The notes beneath the pieces are model-generated. The model was not told the DNA's origin. It made no database searches and saw only the letters and a list, made by a program, of their open reading frames with translations. Positions 1 through 8,446 of a DNA stretch of 64,000 nt are shown here, in pieces. The stretch's first letter is position 1, and every line of letters starts with the position of its first letter. The DNA lies in the NCBI GenBank assembly GCA_032128115.1, contig JAQBHB010000069.1, forward strand, positions 1-64,000, written 5' to 3'. Position numbers and translations under genes: made by a program. Source of the stretch: Deltaproteobacteria bacterium. GTDB taxonomy: Bacteria; Myxococcota_A; UBA9160; SMWR01.

Positions 1-654
1 CTCGGGCAGCAGCTTCGCCAGCATGTCCGGCGGCACGACGGTTTCGGTCATGCGGCTCTTCGCGATCGGAGCGATGACGTTGCTCTTGATGTTGTACTTG
101 GCGCCCTCCACCGAGAGCACGTTGGAGAGCCCCACCAGACCCATCTTGGCGGCTCCGTAGTTGCTCTGGCCGAAGTTGCCGAAGATTCCAGCGCCCGACG
201 ACGCGAACACGATGCGCCCGTAGCCGTTCTCCTTCATGACCCGGAACGCGGGCTGGGTCACGAAGAATCCGCCCTTCAGGTGCACGTCGATCACGGCCTG
301 CAGATTCTCCGGCTCGAGCTTCACGAAGGTCTTGTCGCGCAGGATGCCTGCGTTGTTGATGACGATGTCGACCTTGCCGAAGTTCTCGACCGCGGTCCTG
401 GTGATCGCCTCACCGCCTTCGGGGGTAGACACCGAGTCGTAGTTGGCCACGGCCTTGCCGCCGGCCTCGATGATTTCCTTGACGACCGCGTCGGCCATGC
501 TGCTGCCGCCGCCGGTTCCGTCGGTTGCGCCGCCCAGGTCGTTCACAACCACGCTGGCGCCGCGCGAGGCGAGCAGGTGGGCGTAGGTCTTGCCGAGTCC
601 GCCGCCCGCGCCGGTGATGATGGCCACGCGGCCGTCGTATCGAATCTCACTCAT
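1..654 (-). CDS. SDR family oxidoreductase (MFE-2/3-hydroxyacyl-CoA dehydrogenase-like); C-terminus runs off the left edge
   Basis: Manual translation from ATG 654: MSEIRYDGRVAIITGAGGGLGKTYA...VVVNDLGG; TGxGxGxG, NNAG and YGAAK motifs. Confidence 0.9.
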   Translation of the reverse strand, partial: MSEIRYDGRVAIITGAGGGLGKTYAHLLASRGASVVVNDLGGATDGTGGGSSMADAVVKEIIEAGGKAVANYDSVSTPEGGEAITRTAVENFGKVDIVINNAGILRDKTFVKLEPENLQAVIDVHLKGGFFVTQPAFRVMKENGYGRIVFASSGAGIFGNFGQSNYGAAKMGLVGLSNVLSVEGAKYNIKSNVIAPIAKSRMTETVVPPDMLAKLLPE

Positions 655-856
655 GGAAGAGCTCCTTTCGGCCCGGTATCGACGAGGCGCACCGAGGTCC
701 GTTGGGTTCGGGGCCGCTGGGAACGCCGCTCCCACGCGGACCCGCCGGGGGGAACGCGGTGCGGAGCGTCCTACGCCAAGGCCGGCGCCCCTGCGGACCA
801 CCGGCCGCCGGGCAGCATAGCCGATCGGGGAGGCGAATTGCGCCTCCAGCGGGCGG

Positions 857-1585
857 GTGGCAGCTTCCGATCACTCGGGGGACGCCCTGGCCGCCGCAGA
901 CCTTCTCGTCCGGATCGCACTCGCCGCCCAGATTCTGGCCGCAGCAGACCCCATGCTGCCGCCGCCGGGCACGGGAGCCTGGCGGGAGTTCGCGTTTCCC
1001 AGCATCCGGCGCAGCACCTCCTACACCCCCGTCCGCATGGGCGAAGCCGACGCCGTGCTCGCCCACAGCCGCTGCTCGGCCTCGGCCCTGCTGCTGCCCC
1101 TGGAATCGGTCGACCTGGATCGCACGCCGATTCTCGCCTGGCGATGGCGGGTGGATCGGGGCCTGGAAATCGAAGACGAGCGCGCCCGGGACGGCGACGA
1201 CTTCGCTGCACGCGTCTACCTCCTGTTCCGGTTCGAGCCCGATCGCGCCACGTTCGCCCAACGCCTTCGCCACCGGCTGGGCCGGATGCTGTACACGAGC
1301 GAGCCCCCGGGAACCGCCCTCAACTTCGTGTGGGCCAGCCGGACTCCCATGGGGGAGTCGTGGCCGAGCCCGCGATCTGCCGAATCCTGGGTGGTGGTAA
1401 CGGCCAGCGGCGCGGGGGTTGGCTGGCGCCAGGAACGCGCCGACATCCCGCTGTGGTACCAGCGCGTCTTTGGCCGGCCCCCGCCTCCGATCCTCGCCGT
1501 AGCCCTCATGAGCGACAGCGACGACACCTGTCAGGGCGCCACCGCCGTGTTCTCGGACCTCCGGTTCGAGCCGCGCGACCCCTGA
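857..1585 (+). CDS. DUF3047-like protein (true start may be downstream)
   Basis: WRWRV...GDDFAARVY...ALNFVWAS...MSDSDDT...F.D..F pattern typical of DUF3047. Confidence 0.75.
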   Translation: MAASDHSGDALAAADLLVRIALAAQILAAADPMLPPPGTGAWREFAFPSIRRSTSYTPVRMGEADAVLAHSRCSASALLLPLESVDLDRTPILAWRWRVDRGLEIEDERARDGDDFAARVYLLFRFEPDRATFAQRLRHRLGRMLYTSEPPGTALNFVWASRTPMGESWPSPRSAESWVVVTASGAGVGWRQERADIPLWYQRVFGRPPPPILAVALMSDSDDTCQGATAVFSDLRFEPRDP

Positions 1586-1636
1586 GACCCGCCCCGCATC
1601 CAAGTCGGGTAGCCCTTCGGTAAGCTGTGCGAGCCC

Positions 1637-2605
1637 GTGCAACAGACCATGCAATTCCATGCCACCCTTTTTGAACGCGGTCTCGGTCCCCTGCGCAGGG
1701 CACCGGTGGTCCGGCTCCAGGTGAATGTGGGTCGGCGCTGCGATCTGGCCTGCCACCACTGCCACGTGGAGGCCGGGCCCACCCGCACCGAGATGATGGA
1801 CGCACGCACGGCAGAGCGCGTGCTCGAATTGCTGGCGTGCAGCCCCGGCGTGGAAGCCCTGGATCTCACCGGCGGCGCCCCGGAGTTGAACGACCAGTTC
1901 CGCCGGTTGGTCCAGGGCGCGCGCGCCCTGGACCGTCAGGTGATCGACCGCTGCAATCTCACCGTGCTGCTGATTCCCGGCCAGGAAGACACGGCCGGAT
2001 TCCTGGCCGAACACCGGGTGAAGGTGGTGGCGTCGCTCCCCTGCTACACGAGCGAGACGGTGGACCGCCAGCGGGGCCGCGGTGTGTTCGATCGGAGCCT
2101 GATTGCGCTGCGTCGCCTCAACCAGCTGGGCTACGCCCGCGCGGGCTCCGGGCTCGAACTCGACCTGGTCTACAACCCACCGGGCGCGAGTCTGCCCCCG
2201 CCCCAGGCGGAGCTTGCAGCGCGCTTCCGGGAGGAGCTGCGGCAGCGCTTTGGAATCGAATTCGATGCCCTCATCACCATCACCAACATGCCGATCAAGC
2301 GCTTCGCGAGGCAGCTGGTTCGCGAGGGCCGCGACACCGAGTACCAGTGCCTGCTGGTGAACGCGTTCAACCCCGACACGGTCCCCGGGCTCATGTGCCG
2401 GCACATGGTGTCGGTCGACCATGAGGGACGCCTGTTCGACTGCGACTTCAACCAGATGCTCGATCTGCCACTGGCTGCCGGACCGAAGAACATCTGGGAC
2501 ATCTCCGATCTCGGAGAGCTCGAGGCGGCGGCGATCCAGACCGCCTCGCACTGCTTCGGCTGCACGGCCGGAGCGGGCTCGAGCTGTGGCGGCGCGCTCG
2601 TCTGA
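1637..2605 (+). CDS. arsS: ArsS-family radical SAM / Cys-rich protein (arsenosugar biosynthesis type)
   Basis: CDLACHHC radical SAM motif, DLTGGAPE, YNP, DCDFNQM, C-terminal HCFGCTAGAGSSCGG. Confidence 0.85.
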   Translation: MQQTMQFHATLFERGLGPLRRAPVVRLQVNVGRRCDLACHHCHVEAGPTRTEMMDARTAERVLELLACSPGVEALDLTGGAPELNDQFRRLVQGARALDRQVIDRCNLTVLLIPGQEDTAGFLAEHRVKVVASLPCYTSETVDRQRGRGVFDRSLIALRRLNQLGYARAGSGLELDLVYNPPGASLPPPQAELAARFREELRQRFGIEFDALITITNMPIKRFARQLVREGRDTEYQCLLVNAFNPDTVPGLMCRHMVSVDHEGRLFDCDFNQMLDLPLAAGPKNIWDISDLGELEAAAIQTASHCFGCTAGAGSSCGGALV

Positions 2606-2658
2606 AGAAACTTTCGCCCACGCCCGGCATCGGAAGGGGCGTGCAGGCGGAGAGGCCC

Positions 2659-3390
2659 ATGACCGAGACCGGCGCAGAATCGGCCGAGAGTGCTGCAGGG
2701 GGCAGAGGCCTGCCGATCGCGCGCCTGGTGCTGCTGGGGGCGGCGATCACCGCGCTGGTGTTCCTGGGGCAAACCGCCAGCGCGCATCTGTTGGACTTCG
2801 CCGAATGGGTGCGCGGTCTCGGGTTCTGGGGCCCGGCCGTGTTCATCCTGGGATACGCAGTGGCCGTGGTGGGCTTCGTTCCCGGATCCGTGCTCACCAT
2901 CGCCGCGGGCATCATCTTCGGCGTCGTGGCCGGGACCGGTTATGTCTTCGTAGCCGCGACCACGGGCGCATGCGCGGCGTTCCTGGTGGCGCGCCACCTG
3001 GCCCGGGCAGCCATCGAACGCAAGTTGGCGGGCAACGAGCGCTTTGCGGCCATCGATCGGGCAGTGGGCTCGCAGGGTCGCAAGATCGTCTTCCTGCTGC
3101 GGCTCTCGCCGATCTTCCCCTTCAACCTGCTCAACTATGGCCTCGGTCTCACTGGCGTGCGGTTCGCTGACTACGCGGTGGCCTGCCTGGGCATGCTCCC
3201 GGGAACCCTGCTCTATGTGTACCTGGGCTCGCTGGTGAGCAACCTGGCAGCGGTGACCGCGGGAGAGACGGGCGTGGGCGACGCGCAGCAGCGCTGGATC
3301 TTCCTGGGCGGGCTGGCGGTGACGGCCATGGTGACGATCCTGATCACGCGCATCGCCCGCAGCGCCCTGCGCGAGGCCACCGGCGAGTGA
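2659..3390 (+). CDS. TVP38/TMEM64 (DedA/SNARE-associated) membrane protein
   Basis: PGSVLTIAAG, LLRLSPIFPFNLLNY and GMLPGT motifs; multiple TM helices; GGAG upstream of ATG 2659. Confidence 0.9.
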   Translation: MTETGAESAESAAGGRGLPIARLVLLGAAITALVFLGQTASAHLLDFAEWVRGLGFWGPAVFILGYAVAVVGFVPGSVLTIAAGIIFGVVAGTGYVFVAATTGACAAFLVARHLARAAIERKLAGNERFAAIDRAVGSQGRKIVFLLRLSPIFPFNLLNYGLGLTGVRFADYAVACLGMLPGTLLYVYLGSLVSNLAAVTAGETGVGDAQQRWIFLGGLAVTAMVTILITRIARSALREATGE

Positions 3391-3418
3391 CGCCCCGGAC
3401 CCAGGAGGCGCGCGAGTC

Positions 3419-4942
3419 ATGACGGCGCTCGAGATCCCGCCCGGAGACGAGCACAACCGCGTGCTCGTCTCGAACGTGCACCCGGAAGACTGGCAGAACC
3501 CGGAACCGTCGGGCCGATACAACCTGGTGGTGGTGGGCGCCGGCTCCGCGGGCCTCATCACGGCGGCCATCGCCGCCGGGCTGGGCGCGAAGGTGGCGTT
3601 GATCGAGCGCCACCTCCTGGGCGGCGACTGCCTCAACGTGGGCTGTGTGCCCTCCAAGTCGTTGATCCGCAGCGCGCGCATGGCGGCCGAGGTGCGCCGC
3701 TCGGCCGAGATCGGACTGGGCCTGCCAGCCGATGCCGAGATCGACTTCGCGGCAGCCATGCAGCGGGTGCGACGGGTGCGAGCCCAGATCAGCCACGAGG
3801 ATTCGGCGGCACGCTATCGCGACGAGATGGGCGTGGAGGTGTTCCTCGGGGAAGCACACTTCACCAGCGCCAGCAGTGTAGAGGTCGCTGGCGCGACCCT
3901 CGACTTCAAGAAGGCCGTGATCGCCACGGGCGGCCGCCCGCTGGCGCCGCCCATCGAGGGACTCGAGGAGGCCGGTTACCGCACGAACGAAACGCTCTTC
4001 GAGCTCGTGGAGCGCCCGGCCCGCCTGGCCGTGATCGGCAGCGGGCCCATTGGCTGCGAGATGGCCCAGTCGTTCCGGCGCCTGGGGTCGAAGGTGCACG
4101 TGTTCGACGTGGCGTCCCACGTGCTGCCCCGGGAGGACGCGGACGCGGCCGAGCTCGTGCAGGCCCGCTTCCGGGAGGAGGGCATCGACCTGCAGCTCGA
4201 GTGTCAGATCGAGAAGGTCGAGACGCGCAACGGCCATAAGAAGATCCGCGCCGCCTGCGCCGATGGCGAGGTCCGGGAGTTTGCGGTGGACGAGATCCTG
4301 GTAGGCGTGGGGCGCGCCCCCAACGTGGAGGGGCTCGGCCTCGAGGCGGCCGGGGTCGAGTATGACGAACGTCGCGGCGTGCACGTGAACGACTATCTGC
4401 AGACCCGAAACCCACGCATCTACGCGGCGGGAGACGTCGCCATGCCCTGGAAGTTCACCCACGCGGCGGACGCGGCCGCCAAGATCGTGGTGCAGAACGC
4501 CCTGTTCCTGCGCACGAAGAAGCTCAGCCAGCTGGTGATGCCCTGGTGCACCTACACGGACCCGGAGGTGGCCCACGTGGGGCTGTATGCCCATGAGGCG
4601 GCGGAGCGAGGCGTCGAGATCGATACGTTCCACGTGCCGCTTCAGCAGGTGAATCGGGCCGTGGCCGACGGCGAGGCCGAGGGCTTCGTGAAGGTTCACG
4701 TGAAGAAGGGCAGCGACCGCATCCTGGGCGCCACGATCGTGGCCTCCCACGCGGGCGAGATGCTCAGCGAGGTGACCCTGGCCATGCAGAACAATCTGGG
4801 TCTCAACGCCATCCTGGGCACCATCCACCCCTACCCGACCCAGGCCGAGGGCATCAAGAGGGCCGCCGGCCTCTACGCCCGCAGCCGCGCCACTCCCACC
4901 GTCGCGAAGCTCCTCAACGCCTGGATGGGCTTCCGCCGTTGA
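3419..4942 (+). CDS. Mercuric-reductase-like pyridine nucleotide-disulfide oxidoreductase lacking the C-terminal Cys pair
   Basis: GAGSAG, GGDCLNVGCVPSK, GSGPIG, HPYPT; SD AGGAGG. Confidence 0.85.
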   Translation: MTALEIPPGDEHNRVLVSNVHPEDWQNPEPSGRYNLVVVGAGSAGLITAAIAAGLGAKVALIERHLLGGDCLNVGCVPSKSLIRSARMAAEVRRSAEIGLGLPADAEIDFAAAMQRVRRVRAQISHEDSAARYRDEMGVEVFLGEAHFTSASSVEVAGATLDFKKAVIATGGRPLAPPIEGLEEAGYRTNETLFELVERPARLAVIGSGPIGCEMAQSFRRLGSKVHVFDVASHVLPREDADAAELVQARFREEGIDLQLECQIEKVETRNGHKKIRAACADGEVREFAVDEILVGVGRAPNVEGLGLEAAGVEYDERRGVHVNDYLQTRNPRIYAAGDVAMPWKFTHAADAAAKIVVQNALFLRTKKLSQLVMPWCTYTDPEVAHVGLYAHEAAERGVEIDTFHVPLQQVNRAVADGEAEGFVKVHVKKGSDRILGATIVASHAGEMLSEVTLAMQNNLGLNAILGTIHPYPTQAEGIKRAAGLYARSRATPTVAKLLNAWMGFRR

Positions 4943-4958
4943 CCGTACAATGAGCTCC

Positions 4959-6254
4959 ATGGAACGAACCAATGTCTTCCAGGATGCAGTCGCCCGGGTC
5001 GAGAGGATCGGAGCCGATGCCCGCATCGACGCCGAGGTGATCGACGCCCTGCGCCAGCCCGAGGCCACCCTCACCGCCTCGCTGCCCGTGCGCATGGACG
5101 ATGGTTCCACCCGCCACTTCACCGGCTACCGCTGCCGCTACAACGACGCCCTGGGCCCCGCCAAGGGCGGCATCCGCTTCCATCCGGGCGTCTGCCTGGA
5201 CGAGGTCCAGGCGCTCGCCCTGTGGATGAGCATCAAGTGCGCAGTGGTGGGCCTCCCGTTCGGCGGCGGCAAGGGAGGCGTCATCGTCGACCCCAAGCAG
5301 CTGTCTCACCTGGAGCTCGAGCGCCTGTCCCGCGCCTACATGCGCGCCATGGCCGACTTCATCGGCCCGGAAGTCGACATCCCTGCACCCGACGTCTACA
5401 CCAACGCGCGCATCATGGGTTGGATGGCCGACGAGTACGAGACCATCAAGCGCATCAAGGCGCCCGGCGTGATCACTGGCAAGCCCATCGCCCTCGGGGG
5501 CAGCCTGGGGCGCGAAGAGGCCACCGGGCGCGGCGCCTTCCTGGTGCTGCGCGAATTCTTCAAGCGCACCGGCCGGGATCCCGGCGATGTCCGGGTGGCG
5601 CTCCAGGGAATCGGCAACGCCGGCTACCACGTGGCGCGCCTGCTCCAGGACGCCGGCTGCCGCATCGTGGCCGTCAGCGACTCCACGGGCGGCATCCACT
5701 CGGAAAAAGGCTTCGACGTGGAGAGCCTGCATCGACACAAGCAGGAGAAGCAGAAGCTGAAGGGCGTCTACTGCCGCGGCTCCGTGTTCGAGCCGGTGGA
5801 TCACGCGACGATCGACAACGAGGAACTTCTGGAGCTCGACGTGGACGTGTTGATCCCCGCAGCCCTCGAGGGCGTGATCCACGCGGGCAACGTGGACCGC
5901 ATCCGCGCACCGGTGATCGCCGAGGTGGCCAACGGGCCGGTGGTGGGAGCGGTGGACGCGGTGCTCGCCGAGAAAGGAACCGTCGTGCTGCCGGACGTTC
6001 TCACCAACGCGGGCGGCGTCACCGTCAGCTACTTCGAGTGGACCCAGAATCGCCAGGGGTGGGCGTGGACCCTCGCGGAGGTGCGGGAGCGGCTGGAGGA
6101 GGTGCTGGTGCGCGCCTTCGACGCCGTCTGGTACATCCACGAGAACGAGGAAGTGCCGGTGCGGGCCGCCGCCTACCGGCTGGCCCTGCGCCGCATCGCC
6201 GAGGCCATGGAGTCCAAGGGAACCCGCGCATACTTCAACGGCGCAGGCGGCTGA
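4959..6254 (+). CDS. gdhA: Glu/Leu/Phe/Val dehydrogenase (glutamate dehydrogenase)
   Basis: KGGIRF, GGGKGG, DIPAPD, TGK, ANGP and NAGGVTVSYFEW motifs; alternative ATG at 4950. Confidence 0.9.
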   Translation: MERTNVFQDAVARVERIGADARIDAEVIDALRQPEATLTASLPVRMDDGSTRHFTGYRCRYNDALGPAKGGIRFHPGVCLDEVQALALWMSIKCAVVGLPFGGGKGGVIVDPKQLSHLELERLSRAYMRAMADFIGPEVDIPAPDVYTNARIMGWMADEYETIKRIKAPGVITGKPIALGGSLGREEATGRGAFLVLREFFKRTGRDPGDVRVALQGIGNAGYHVARLLQDAGCRIVAVSDSTGGIHSEKGFDVESLHRHKQEKQKLKGVYCRGSVFEPVDHATIDNEELLELDVDVLIPAALEGVIHAGNVDRIRAPVIAEVANGPVVGAVDAVLAEKGTVVLPDVLTNAGGVTVSYFEWTQNRQGWAWTLAEVRERLEEVLVRAFDAVWYIHENEEVPVRAAAYRLALRRIAEAMESKGTRAYFNGAGG

Positions 6255-6269
6255 GGAGAGGGCCCGCTT

Positions 6270-6515
6270 TCAGGACTGCTTGCGGCGGGCCGCAAGGATC
6301 GCGGACACCAGCGTCTCGGGAACGTCTTCGGGCACCGGCCCGTCCGGGTCGCCGCACACGTCGTGCCCCAACCGCACGGTCTCCCGGTAGGTGTCGAGGT
6401 AGGTCTCGCAGCTGGGGCAGTCCGCCATGTGCTCCCGGAAGGTCGCAACCTGGGCCTCGGGGAGTTCCCCGTCCAGGTATTCCATCAGGAACTCGACGAA
6501 TTCACGGCAGTTCAT
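6270..6515 (-). CDS. zf-HC2 zinc-binding anti-sigma factor, soluble
   Basis: C-x(n)-HMADCPSC (HxxxCxxC); start overlaps the sigma factor stop. Confidence 0.85.
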   Translation of the reverse strand: MNCREFVEFLMEYLDGELPEAQVATFREHMADCPSCETYLDTYRETVRLGHDVCGDPDGPVPEDVPETLVSAILAARRKQS

Positions 6516-7096
6516 GCGGACGGCTTTCCCACATGCGGCTCCAGCAGGCCGCGCAGGGCCTGACGCGCGCGGTGCAACCGGGTCTTCACGGCGTTGGGGC
6601 TGATGCCCACGATTTCGGCGGTCTCCTGGGTATCGAGCTCTTCGATGTCTCGCAGCAAGAGCACGTTACGGTAGGCATCCGGCAGCTGGTGGATCTTTTC
6701 CAACACCAGCTCGCGGAGCTCGCGCCGCACGATCGGGTCGTCGCTCTGGGTGCGCCACTCGACGGCCGGTCGGGCCAGGTGCCCGTCCTCCAGGAAGCCG
6801 GGCAGGAGATCTTCGATCAGCGCCTCGGGCTTGCGAGTGCGGGTGCGGATCTTCATGAGCGAGGCATTCACCACGATGCGATGCAGCCACGTGGAGAGCC
6901 GGGCAGTCCCCTCGAAACCCTCGATGGAGCGGAAGGCCGAGAGGAAGGCGTCCTGCAGCGCGTCCCGGGCGTCCTCTTCGTTGCGGAGGAAGCGGCGAGC
7001 CACGGCCAGCAAGCGGCCGCCATGGGCGCGCACCAGTTCTTCGAAGGCTGCATCTTCCTTGCCGCGGAGCCGCGCGACGAGCGAAGCCTCATCCAC
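6512..7096 (-). CDS. ECF sigma-70 factor
   Basis: Region 2 DALQDAFL...STWLHRIVVN; region 4 AVKTRLHRAR. Confidence 0.92.
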   Translation of the reverse strand: MDEASLVARLRGKEDAAFEELVRAHGGRLLAVARRFLRNEEDARDALQDAFLSAFRSIEGFEGTARLSTWLHRIVVNASLMKIRTRTRKPEALIEDLLPGFLEDGHLARPAVEWRTQSDDPIVRRELRELVLEKIHQLPDAYRNVLLLRDIEELDTQETAEIVGISPNAVKTRLHRARQALRGLLEPHVGKPSA

Positions 7097-7177
7097 CGAT
7101 CCAAACTATCACAGGGAGCCGGCAGGCGAGCGCTGGCGGGTCGCGTAGAATCAAGGCGCCCGTTCTCAGGAGGAAGC

Positions 7178-7693
7178 ATGTCCCTGCTGCGATTCATGGG
7201 AATCACGCCCGAAAAGACCGAGGTGGGGGATACGGCCACCGTGCGTCGCATCGCCGCCGAGCTCGAGTGCCTCCCCCCGGAAACGTCCAGGTTCCTGGCC
7301 TCGTTCGCATACGTGCTGGCGCGGGTGGCCAACGCCGATCTGGACATCGCAGCGTCCGAGACCGCACAGATGGAGCAGTCGATCCGCGCCCTGGCCTCGC
7401 TGCCGGAGGCCCAGACGGCCCTGGTGGTGGAAATCGCGAAATCCCAGGCGCGCCTGCTTGGCGGCACCGAGAATTACCGGGTCACGCGCGAGTTCCGCAA
7501 CGCGTCGAGCCGCGAGCAGCGCGGCCAGCTCCTGCAGTGTCTCTACGCCGTGGCCGCCGCGGACGGCACCATTTCGTCAGCGGAGAGCACCGAGATCCTG
7601 AAGATCGCCGAAGAACTCGGCTTCACGCGCCCGGAAGCCCTCTCCCTCCGCTCCGGCTACCGCGACAAGCTGTCGGAGTTCCAGGCGGGGTGA
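7178..7693 (+). CDS. TerB-like protein
   Basis: SD AGGAGG before ATG 7178; two VA.AD...E motifs (VANADLDIAASE, VAAADGTISSAE). Confidence 0.8.
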   Translation: MSLLRFMGITPEKTEVGDTATVRRIAAELECLPPETSRFLASFAYVLARVANADLDIAASETAQMEQSIRALASLPEAQTALVVEIAKSQARLLGGTENYRVTREFRNASSREQRGQLLQCLYAVAAADGTISSAESTEILKIAEELGFTRPEALSLRSGYRDKLSEFQAG

Positions 7694-7739
7694 ATCCGCG
7701 CGTCGTGTCGGAGTTCCAGGCGGGGTGAATCCGCGCGTC
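7671..7739. repeat. Tandem duplication, 34-bp exact copies with period 35, spanning the TerB-like stop codon
   Basis: tgtcggagttccaggcggggtgaatccgcgcgtc at 7671-7704 and 7706-7739. Confidence 0.95.
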
Positions 7740-8427
7740 AGCTGCGGACCAGAAGCAGCGTGCGCGGGTCGAGCGCCACGCGCAGCGCCGTCGGATCCGG
7801 GTTGTCATGATCCTTGAGAGCCCGCAGCGCCACGGCCTCGTCGCCCGGCTCCAGCACCAGCACGACACTCACCAGATCGTCGAAGCGCTCCAGGTCGACC
7901 GGCAGCGTTTCGACCTTCTCCTCTTCGCTGGTGGCCGACAGCCAAAGCTCCGCACCCAGCTCCGCGGCCAGGCTCTGGAGATCCACCAGATCGTCGCGTG
8001 ACGCCGACGCCAGGTCCAGCCCCTCGATCACCAGCAGGCTCGGCGGTGAGCCCGCCTCGATCTCGAGCTTCACGTCCTCGCGCAGCTTCGAGGGTGTGAG
8101 TGTCTGGGGCGGATACACCCGGATGCTGCGCCGGCGGTCGATCTCGCCGTGCACGATGGCCTCGTCTTCCAGGTGCGTCGTGGACGCCAGATCCTCGAAG
8201 ACGGTGTCGTAGTGCGCTCGCACGTGGGCGACCGGGTGGTCCAGACAGACGTGCAACACGCGTCCGCCGCGCAACAGCTCGTCCAGGGCCACTCCCACCA
8301 GGAAGGCCGTCTTGCCCACCCCGTGGCCGGCAATCACCACCCCCAGGTTGCCCGGGCCGAGCCCGCCGTGGAGACCCTTTTCCAGAAGGCGCAGCGGGCT
8401 GCGCGCGGTCAGGAACCTTCGGTACAA
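7738..8427 (-). CDS. RecA/KaiC-like P-loop ATPase downstream of fusA
   Basis: AAGGAG then TTG 8427; LHGGLGPGNLGVVIAGHGVGKT (Walker A), LLVIEG (Walker B-like). Confidence 0.75.
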   Translation of the reverse strand: MYRRFLTARSPLRLLEKGLHGGLGPGNLGVVIAGHGVGKTAFLVGVALDELLRGGRVLHVCLDHPVAHVRAHYDTVFEDLASTTHLEDEAIVHGEIDRRRSIRVYPPQTLTPSKLREDVKLEIEAGSPPSLLVIEGLDLASASRDDLVDLQSLAAELGAELWLSATSEEEKVETLPVDLERFDDLVSVVLVLEPGDEAVALRALKDHDNPDPTALRVALDPRTLLLVRS

Positions 8428-8446
8428 GCGGTTCTCCTTGTGGGGA

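Noticed and set aside
2540..2605. Selenocysteine in the ArsS C-terminus
   Set aside because: The codon in GSSCGG is TGT (Cys); the TGA falls at the expected protein end
3419..4942. merA / mercury resistance
   Set aside because: No C-terminal Cys-Cys, no N-terminal metal-binding domain and no merR/T/P
7178..7693. Tellurite resistance operon
   Set aside because: A single TerB-like gene with no other ter genes
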